Source of the DNA: Eledone cirrhosa
Lineage: Eukaryota
DNA: 64,000 nucleotides
Reading direction: 5' to 3'
Assembly: GCA_964016885.1 (NCBI GenBank)
Contig: OZ024741.1
Span: 394,630,001-394,694,000 of the forward strand
Shown here: piece after piece, positions 11,388-20,848 of the stretch
Position numbering within the stretch: position 1 is the first letter of the stretch
Layout: each line of letters starts with the position of its first letter
Program-made: the position numbers and the translations under genes
Notes under the pieces: generated by a model
What the model saw: only the letters and a program-made list of their open reading frames with translations
Databases searched by the model: none
Told to the model about the DNA's origin: nothing

Positions 11388-12199
11388 CTTGATGAATACT
11401 AAGTTGACACTATGTCATCTGTAGACAGGACATCTTTCTACTTTAGCTGTTGTTTCATTTCTGAAGGCATTGGGAAATCCTTTGGAGTATTTATTATTCT
11501 TCATAAATGATGTATTAGTCTTTATGGAGACTCTGAACCTGACAGAATTGGGAACATATCATTGTCACAGATGCACAGAACACTCTGAGTGTCATAAAAA
11601 GAGGTCTGCTGTCTGTTTCTGATTTTAAGAAGCTTGAGTGTTGCACTTAATATTTTTTTTAAATGGAATCTCAAAAAATATCAATACATCAGACTTCAGT
11701 GACAAAAAGTTGTGCAACAAAAGTGCTACTTTCCGAATGCTTAAGGCCATCAAACCAGCAAATATAACAGCAAGATAACTCGGCCTCAAGCAAAACATCC
11801 CTTTCCCATATGCGTTTACATACACATATGTATGCACATACATATATATACTGTTGGATGGGCATTGACTCATTTCAGTGCATCTGCTCTTTGAGACACT
11901 TTGTTTTTCATCCTGCATGGAATAAAAAATAATCACTCTCAACAAGCAGGCTTGGTAGGGCTGTGGTTTTAGTCATAACCGAACTATGTTACAGGTTGTA
12001 TTACTATACAGGCTACCGATACACACACAGTATGGGTAGGGCAGGGAGAGGTGTATCAGGAGTGAGGGTTGAGGGGAACAAGTAAGCAAGTTCAACACGG
12101 ACGAGGTGTGTGGGATTCTTAGCTGGTGAAGGCGGATTATGACTGAGGAGGGGTAAGAAGATTGGGGCAGACTAGTGTCCTCTACATGTTTGTTTCATC

Positions 12200-13600
12200 C
12201 TGTGAACATGGGAAGTCTGTTAATTTGGTCACCCAGGTAACAGTAGCTATCAACTACTTCTATGGAGCCATCAGAGCATTTAATGGCGCTTGTTTCATGA
12301 GAACTCTTGCTGCTTCCTGCCCTTATGCCTCAATCACATAAAAATATACGTTTTTTTACTAATATACGTTTTTTAAATATACGTTTAAATACACTACATT
12401 TCTGGTGTTCCCATAGTTTGCATTTGTGACATTGGATGGAATTCCTACCCACTCCTTTCCTACACATTGAGCAAAGCCATTTCCCTGAAATGATCTGGGT
12501 TCTGTTTTCCTTTCTACTTATTAGGGCTTTAGTCTTTGCCAAATTGGCTTTAAGACCTGTTTCTTCCAAGCTGTACTTCCAGGTTTGGAATTTCTTCTTT
12601 AATTCTGCTATTTTAGCCTGCAGGACGATAATAAATATGAGAGGGTTAAGAACAGAGCCCTGATGGACTTACACACTAAATTCTTCACTATAGTCATTGT
12701 TGATTCTGACCTTGCTGACAGCTCCACTATGCATGGCTTGTATCACCCTCACAAACCACTCATCTACCCCTATTTTCCTAAGAGTCCACCAGATTATGGA
12801 ACAGAAGAATCTGTCGAAATTTTTTCCAGGTCAACAAATACCAAGTAAAGGAGTTTACCATTAGCTAGGCATTTCTTCTGCAGTAATCTCAGAAGAAGAG
12901 AGTATCAGTGGTACTTTTACCTGTCCAAATTGCATCTCATCAAGGTGAACTCAGTTCCTAATCAGCTGTGCTATAACTCTTTCTATGACCTTCATAATCA
13001 GCTTTATCAATTTGATGCCTCTATAGTTTTCTCTGTCTAATGCATCTCCTTTACCCTTATAGTATTTGACAATTATGCTGCTACACCAATCATTGGATAT
13101 GACACCATTTTGTATTACTTGGTTTACAATACGAGTGGTTAAGGTGTGACCCACCATCCCAGGTGCTTTCAGCATCTCAGCAACTATCTCTGATGATCCA
13201 GTTGCTTTGCCTGTCTTTTTATCCTTAATTGCCTTACTACTCTGCTGCTGTGTTGTCTGGTTGGTTCATCTGTAGGGTCCAATGCATTCTCCTCATTCAG
13301 TACTCTTTCATATTGGCACTTCCATGCTACTTTCTTTTCAATATTAGTGAGAGCAAGGGCGCCATTATCATCTTAGAGACACTTCTCCCCAACAAAATCA
13401 CAATTTATCCTGATACACAGCCTCACAATCCTGAACACCTCACATCACAAAACATGCTTAAATTTTGTTATTTTCTGCTCCCCTCCTTGAAAAGTATACT
13501 TGTTGCCTATCTACTCTCTTAGCTCCCTGACAGTGTTCTTTACTTCCCCCATTCTGACATTTTTCCATGCCTTTCTCTTGACCTTAATTGCCCCACATAA
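12200..13600 (-). mobile_element. Degenerate RTE LINE (RT)
   Basis: ORFs 12330-12569 and 12951-13175 (NYRGIKL; PHD-like CxxC cluster). Confidence 0.85.
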
Positions 13601-15503
13601 CTAAGAAGCTAGGCAACAAGTAACATTACCAAGAAACTAAGTGACATGTATATATATATATATATATATAAATATATATATATGGAATAGAATGAAACGA
13701 AATTTCATTTCTCCCTCTTAGTACGGCACTTACTTAAGTATGTATGTATACGTACATACATTATAATAAATGTTCGGTAAACCGATACGTGCATATATAT
13801 ATATGTGTGCATGTATGTATATATATATACATACTACTGTACGTCTATATACATATATGTATGTACGTATACATACATACATACTTACATATATATATAT
13901 ACACACACACATAATCAGTTACAACAGAGGCATTATGCAGATACTTAATTTTCATTGGGTTTAATACCAACTCATTCAGTCTGCCATATTGTGATGGAAT
14001 TACTTCCAAGGAGATTCTTGATTATGTAGGAAAGTTCTAAGGCTAATGATAGGGAACTTAATTAATCAAATGATTTATGGTTAAACTCTATATATGTAAG
14101 GGAAATAATTCTTAGAAAAAGAAAGAGTGCAGAGATATGGCACATAACAAAGGGTTAAGTTAAATTTTAGTTTGGCCTTGACTATCTCTTCAGATAGAAC
14201 TCTGATTTGTGTGGATAACAATTGAAGAAATCCAGCCATGTACTTACACAGATTTTTTTAGAGGATAGTTGTGAAAGTATATTCCACTTCTTGGCAGAAC
14301 ATAAATAAAAAGGTTTTCCAGAAGCCTCCATTTTATAGAGAACTCTATGCCATTTTCTTTGAGCTTCACAAGGGGCAGTATCCAAGCAGAACCAGCAAGT
14401 CAAATTATTACATCCAGCCTAAATCAGACAGTAAGCAAGCAAGCCAAATAAAGCAAGTAGAGACAGCAAACTAAATGGACCAAACATGTTAGCAAACTGC
14501 TGTACATTGTGAGTAAAAAAAGAAAAACAATTATATATCTGATAACCTTCATTATATCAGTGAACCTATTAACTTGAGTAAAATTTCATTTTCAAAATAT
14601 TAATCATGCTGTATTGGTTATTAACTTGTATACTCCATTTGATATAGACCAATTTAAATACATTTTAACTTTATGAAAGTTAACTTGATAGGTATAATGT
14701 CTTCTGAGAATATACATTGCTGCTACCAACAATTTTAGATAATAATGTCCTTTAGAACACAGATTCGAATATTGTTTCAATGATACATTATGAATCTTGA
14801 AAAGGAAAAGCAAAGGCCCTATCTAATAGATTTAGCCATGGGTTTTCCTCTCTGTGGCATAAGCCTGGGCAGGGTATTTTGTGGAAGACCAGCAGTTGTT
14901 CATACATGCAAGCCTCCCGTCCCTACAACATTGATGTTGTTCAAGGGCAAAACAAAGGCCAATACAGAATGGAGTGGAGTAACACAAATAAAGTGTCTTG
15001 TTCAAGAACTCGACATGCAGCCCAGTCCAGGAATCAAACTCACTGTAAATGAGGTTGGCATTAGGAAGTGCATCCAGCTGTATAAACCAAGCCCAAATCA
15101 ATTCAATATGAGCAAGACACGGTCACCTGGCCTGGCATTGTTCACAACAGGACAACTCATCTAACCATGCTAGCGTAGAAAAATGGACATGAAACACTGA
15201 TGATGATGATGGTTTTAAAATTGGAGTCATTCACAACATTGTAAGAACTATATTCACTGCTCACACTAAAATTGTCACAAATACAAACACATTCACATAT
15301 ATACATACCATAAACTTTGTGGTATAAGTGCAATAATCACAGAAATATTCCCATGAAACATTTTGAGCATTTTTTTTAAAGACAAATACAAGCTATTGTA
15401 TAAAAATAGGACACAGATTTGTATAGCAATTTTGGAATATGTCAATGTGGGAAAAATAAATAGACTATCAAAAGAGGAGAGTATTTTATACTGTAATACA
15501 AAC

Positions 15504-15562
15504 CGTTTTAAATTGCCACCTACAACAGTTCCAACACCTGGCACATTGAAAAGTTCATCAAC
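15504..15562 (-). CDS. GTPBP2: GTPBP2 exon 9, start of domain II (VDELFNVPGVGTVVGGNLK)
   Basis: aacag acceptor, gtttgt donor; 59 nt; EF-Tu-like VPGVGTVV motif. Confidence 0.93.
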
Positions 15563-15584
15563 CTGTTAATTAAAGAAAAGTAAA

Positions 15585-16118
15585 TAACAGTAATGGAAGA
15601 GTTTAAGACTAGCTGCTTATGGGGACTTCTATATATTGACAATCTAACCCTCATTAGAGAAGAAATACAAAACCTGGAATTACAGCTTGGAAGCAAAGGT
15701 AAGTCAACTTAGCAAAGACTAAAGTTCTAGTATGTAGAAAGGAAAACAGAGCCTAAATCACTTCAGGGAAGTGGCTTTGCTCAAGGACAGGGTAGAAATT
15801 CCATACTATGTCCCAAATTCAAACTGTGAGTACACAACAGATATAGTGGCATCTCAGACAGGCTAGTAAAGAATGTAGGTTTTATATGTGTTCGATACAC
15901 AGGAGCAGTAAGCAGCAAGAGCTCACATAAAAAGCACCTAGTCCACACAGTAACATGGTCGGTGTTAGGAAGGGCATCTATCTGTAGACCCCAACCAAAA
16001 TACAGGTCTGTATGAGCAAGACATTGTCACCCTACCTGTCTCATAATGTGACAACCTGTCTAACCCAAGCAAGCATGGAAAGATAAACATTAAACTGTGA
16101 TGATGATGATGATGATGA
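15585..16118 (+). mobile_element. Degenerate RTE fragment joined to an RTE-type 3' module with (GAT)n tail
   Basis: EEFKT..WELLY.DDL..NLAKTKVL remnants, then ggtgttaggaagggcatc...gcatggaaa...(gat)n. Confidence 0.7.
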
Positions 16119-16752
16119 TTCCAGTATTTGATAATCAAAATTCTGCTTTTTACATATTTATTTACATAATTTAGTCATGTCAAAATATTAATGAAGGAAC
16201 AAGAGTATGCTGGAATAGATGTAGGTATTGGTATGAAAAGAGTGATGGGAACAAGGCAGCACTGGAAGTAATAAAAGACAGACAGTAGTAGCTGTAGAAT
16301 AATGGAAAAGAGATAGTGATGGCTATGGGGTAATGGAAGAGGGTGTATGATGGGGGAAAACAGAGTATGCAGGGGGTTACTATATCATTGTTCTCTCCCC
16401 TATTCACCCTATTGTCCAGAGACAGTGTTGAGTATTCAGTACTCAATTCACAAGTGTTGATGTGATGATAAAATGCACCCAATACATTCTGTAAAGTGAT
16501 TTGAATTAGGAAAGGAATCCAGGAATAGAAACCATGCCAGAAATGGAATGTTTTCAAGTATGATGTGGTCCTCCACCCCATTCAAGAAGATGGGATCTCC
16601 AAATAAAAATCAACACAAACTGAAACAACCCATGCAACCCAACCCATGCTGATGTGGGAAGCAGATGTAAGATGATGATGGAGAATATGACAATGATAAC
16701 AGTATTTATGATTAATTAATAAGGATTATAGATTAGAATGGCTAGTATTTAC

Positions 16753-16888
16753 CTGAAATTCTGTTATATCCTGAACACATTTTTCTCTTTCTTTCAAATT
16801 TCGTAGAGGTGGAACAACATTCAAAAACGTGGTCAGTAGATCTAAGTGCTTCCCAGTGACACTGGAAACTGAAAATATGGGTATTATG
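16753..16888 (-). CDS. GTPBP2: GTPBP2 exon 8, G5 region (IIPIFSVSSVTGKHLDLL...ITEFQ)
   Basis: cacag acceptor, gtaaat donor; 136 nt; phase 2-0. Confidence 0.95.
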
Positions 16889-17351
16889 CTGTGAATAGAA
16901 ATATTAAACAAATTAGTGAATAATTTTAAGAACAATTGATTAACCAAATTTGGTAATATTTCCTATTCCATAAGAGAAAAGTAGAGCAATAGTCAGAAAG
17001 AAATTATTTACATTGTCACAAAGTTAGTAATATAATATAAATGTTAGTAATGTAATATAAAAGAGTTAGTAATACATATATAATATGTCAGTAATATATG
17101 TCATAATTATCATCATTGTCATCATCATTTAATGTCTACTTGCATGGATTAGACGGGTTGTCACATTATAAGTCAGGTCAGGTGACCCACGTCTTGCTCA
17201 TACAGATTTGTATTTTGGTTTGGTTTCTACAGCTGGATACCCTTCCAAACATCAACAATGCTACAGTGTGGACTGGATGCTTTCTAGAGCGAAATTTTCT
17301 TTTTTATTTGAATTTGGCAAAGCCGGCCATTTATCGCTCGTATACAGGAAA

Positions 17352-17512
17352 CTGACTGGCCAGTCTGCTGATATGCAAATCTGACTGATCAGCCAGTCTG
17401 CTAATATGCAAATCTGACTGATCAGCCAGTCTGCTGATATGCAAATCTGGCTGATCAGTGGATCTGCTAATATGCAGATCTGACTGATCAGCCAGTCTGC
17501 TAATATGCAAAT
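17352..17512 (+). repeat. 33-bp minisatellite, about 5 units (ctgactgatcagccagtctgctaatatgcaaat)
   Basis: Units start at 17352 (29 bp), 17381, 17414, 17447 and 17480; four carry ATGCAAAT. Confidence 0.95.
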
Positions 17513-17580
17513 CAGGCCCATCAGTCACTGTCTATTTTTGAAAATAGCATATATTTTCACTAGCTCTGACAGTTTAGCAG

Positions 17581-17646
17581 GTGAACAGTGAGCTGTACTG
17601 ATGAAGGGTGATACCCAGAAACATTAGTGTCTGCAGTTCTGTTCGC
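17581..17646 (+). ncRNA. Type I hammerhead ribozyme, canonical core, predicted cleavage after GUC at 17631
   Basis: GUGAACA-GU-GAGCUGUA [CUGAUGA] A-GGGU-GAU-ACCC-A [GAAA] CA-UUAG-UG [UC] UGCAGUUC-UGUUCGC; stem I has 8+7 bp. Confidence 0.8.
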
Positions 17647-17828
17647 ATGCCAACACAAGAGCAAGAATGAAGGGTTCATTCTACTGACAAGGCTATAAAA
17701 TTGAAGGTTGTTTGCATTATTATTAATATTAAAAAAACTCAGATTACATTTATTGTATTCAGCCATGTAGAGCGAAATTTTCTTTTATATATATATAGAT
17801 ATATATATATGTGTGTGTGTGTACACAT

Positions 17829-20791
17829 ATCATCATCATCATCATCATCATCATCAGGTTTAGCGTCCGTGTTCCACGCTTGCATGGGTTTGGACGGGGG
17901 TTTACCCACTTGAGGCAAGAGTGGTTGTCTTGCTCGCATAGGACTGTCTGGCGGGTTTTCTACAGTTGGATGCCCTTCCTAACACCAACCACATTTACAG
18001 TGTGGGGCTGGGAGGTTTTTACCGTGTTGCCTACACGGCCACATTACAGCGTGGACTGTCTGGCGGGTTTTCTACAGCTGGATGCCCTTCCTAACACCAA
18101 CCACATTTACAGTGTGGGGCTGGGAGGTTTTTACCGTGTTGCCTACACGGCCACATTTACAGCGTGGACTGTGTGTTTTTTGTCGTGACACCTACACGAT
18201 CTCATTTGTTTCGGCCTGGATGTTGTGGGACCAACATAACTTTACATTGAAAGGGGCGGTGTGGGTGGGGTGGAGGTGGTGGGACGGGGGTGTGTTTTGA
18301 TAGAGGTGCCTACTGACTGTAGTAGGTTTTTACTTTGTATTTAGGTAAGGCGGGTCTTCTCTATTACTGAGTACCGCCAAAGGTCTCGGTCCAGTGACAT
18401 TGTCTTGGAGAGGTGTAAGCGTGTGAGGTCGGAATTTATCAGCTCGTCCCATGTTTTTCTGGGTCTGCCTACTCCGTGGCTACCGTCTATCTTTATTGCC
18501 CTGCACTTTGTTATACAGCTGTCGTCTTTCATGCGCATCACGTGACCGTACCAACGTAGCCTTCTCTCGAGTAAACAACATCTGATCCCTCTTATTTCTA
18601 ATTTTTTCCTTAGTTCGTTTATGCTTTGCCGTTCACGTATATTACTATTGCACATCCAGCGGAGCATGCAAGCTTCGTTCCTCTCTAGTCTGCGTATATC
18701 CTCTGCACACAATGCCCAGGTCTCACTGCCATGCAGCATTGCTGTTCGTATGCAGGCATCGTATAACCTGCCTTTCATTTTTAGGGAGAACCCTCTAGCG
18801 GCTAATAGTGGTATAAGCTCTCTGAACTTTTTCCATCCAGTTCTGACTCTAGCTACTGTACTTTCAGAGCACCCTCCCCCACTGCTGATTTTGTCACCCA
18901 GATAACGGAAGCTGTCCACTATTTCTATAGAACCCTCTGCGCAGTTGAAGGAGCTAGTATTTTGTGGGCACTTGCTGCTACTTATTGCACCAGAGCACCG
19001 GCCACATGTAAAATCTATGTTCTTAGTTAGCTTACCTGTGATCCCACTACATCTTTTATGCACCCATACTTTGCATTTGGGACATAAAATGGAGTTTCTA
19101 CCTACGCCTTTCCTACACACTGAGCATGGCCATTTCCCCGATGGGACCGCCGCCTTATTTTCTTTCCTACAAACTAGAACTTTAGTCTTAGCCAGGTTAA
19201 TTTTAAGGCCTTTTGATTCTAGGCCGTGCTTCCACGTTTGGAATTTCTTCTCTAGTTCGGTCATTGATTCAGCTATGAGCGTTAGATCATCTGCGTATAG
19301 GAGTTCCCATGGGCAGCCTGTCTTGAACTCCTCTGTTATAGCCTGAAGGGCAATAATAAATAGTAGGGGGCTAAGTACAGAGCCCTGATGGACACCAACT
19401 TTTACGCTAAACTCTTCACTATATTCGTTGTTAATTCTAACCTTACTGACTGTTTCTTTATACATGGCTTGTATAGCTCTCACAAGCCATTCGTCAACAC
19501 CTAGTTTTCTAAGAGACCACCAGATAATGGAACGGGGGACTCTGTCGAAGGCTTTCTCCAAGTCGACAAAAGCTGAGTATAGGGGTTTACTTTTAGCTAG
19601 GTACTTCTCCTGTAGTTGTCGTACAATGAAAAGAGCATCTGTGGTACTTTTGCCTGACACAAACCCGAACTGCATTTCATCTAGATCAATTCTCTCTCTG
19701 ATTAGTTGCGCTATTACTTTTTCCGTGACCTTCATGACCTGGTCGATTAATTTAATGCCTCTATAGTTACTCCTATCTAGGGCATCTCCTTTTCCCTTAT
19801 AGCAGTTAACGATGATGCTGCTACGCCATTCCTTCGGAACAACCCCATTCTGTACGACTTGGTTAACTATCCGGGTGACCATGGTGTGTCCCACCGAACC
19901 AGATGCCTTCAGCATCTCAGCAACTATTTCCGAAGGCCCAGCCGCCTTACCCGTCTTCATATCTTTGATTGCCTTACTTATTATACTACCTTCAACTAAC
20001 ACTGCTGGTCCCTCTATTGGATCGATCTGGGGGAGACTGTCTTTCTCCCATTTGTTCTCCTCATTTAGAAGCCTTTCGTAGTGACACTTCCAAGCTACCT
20101 TCTTATCAGCGTCGGTGATGGCAAGTATGCCATCATCGTTAAGTACACACTTCTCCCCGACAATATCACGGTTTTCCTTGACACATTGCCTGGCAATCCT
20201 GAACACCTCACGTTTTTGGTCCTCACGTTGTAGAACATGCTTGAACTTTCTTTCCTCTGCTTCCCTTCTTGCGAAGTACACTTGTCTCCTAGCTTCCCTC
20301 CTGGCCACTTGATAGTCTTCTCTACTTCCCCCATCCCGCCATACTTTCCAAGCCTGCTTTTTGGCCTTAATTGACTCCTCCACCTTACTGTTCCACCACC
20401 ATGTTACTCTCCTCCTACCTACAGGCCTGCTCCAGCCACAGACTTCGTCTGCCGCCGTCAGCAGGTTTGCTCTCAGGAATTCCCACTGTTCCTCTATATT
20501 ATACGACTCTAATTGCTCTTCCTTACTGTCGAAAGCGTCAAGTAATTTGCTTTGAAATTTATTTCTGGCTATGGGGTCCTTTAGCTTCCATATTTTTCTC
20601 CTGAGGATAGTCCTCTTTCGCTGTCTAGTACGTCTCGTCCTGACTATGAGGTCGCTAATTATCAGTCTATGTTGGGAGGTGAATTCTTCATGGGGGTGGG
20701 ATTTAGTGTTAACAACAGACACTCTGTCACGTCTTCTGGTAAGGATATAATCTACCTGGCTTGTGTGTTCCCCCGATCTATAGGTGATCAA
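17829..20791 (-). mobile_element. Young 5'-truncated RTE LINE: end of APE endonuclease, complete RT with internal PHD finger, long 3' UTR with a 112-bp duplication, (GAT)n tail
   Basis: Stop-free ORF 18341-20845 (QVDYIL, SQHRL, NYRGIKL, AFVDLEKAFD, GVHQGSVLSP, YADD, FRYLG); similar (TA)n(TG)n-tacacatat sequence on both sides. Confidence 0.97.
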
Positions 20792-20839
<48 letters not shown>

Positions 20840-20848
20840 ACACATATA

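Larger units (their letters stand above)
8120..11750 (-). mobile_element. Helitron fossil (Rep C-terminus to PIF1-like helicase), interrupted by nested insertions
   Basis: Degenerate motifs in colinear order on the minus strand: KYSKGFPNAFRNET..PVYR (about 11420-11510), FKYIF..D..EIMQYINYCYVTSPEA (10541-10747), PQLRELFAI (about 9800), ATSGI..LLIVNEVSM (9240-9420), DFYQT..CIKQSPLW (8450-8540), WLEQVGNG..IEIP (8120-8380). Confidence 0.8.
17285..17786 (+). mobile_element. Non-autonomous hammerhead-bearing element (retrozyme/PLE pLTR-like), 483-bp unit with 19-bp terminal direct repeats
   Basis: tagagcgaaattttctttt at 17285-17303 and 17768-17786; internal 33-bp minisatellite and hammerhead; abuts (TA)n. 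Confidence 0.65.

Noticed and set aside
13950-14480. Possible transposase remnants (also about 32860-33240, 33900-34110, 54260-54620, 58690-58990)
   Set aside because: Too degenerate to assign a family by eye.
17352-17512. Regularly spaced repeats as a CRISPR array, or as repeat proteins (ORFs 17261-17521, 17331-17528)
   Set aside because: No unique spacers, eukaryotic context and no cas genes; the ORFs result from a unit length divisible by three.
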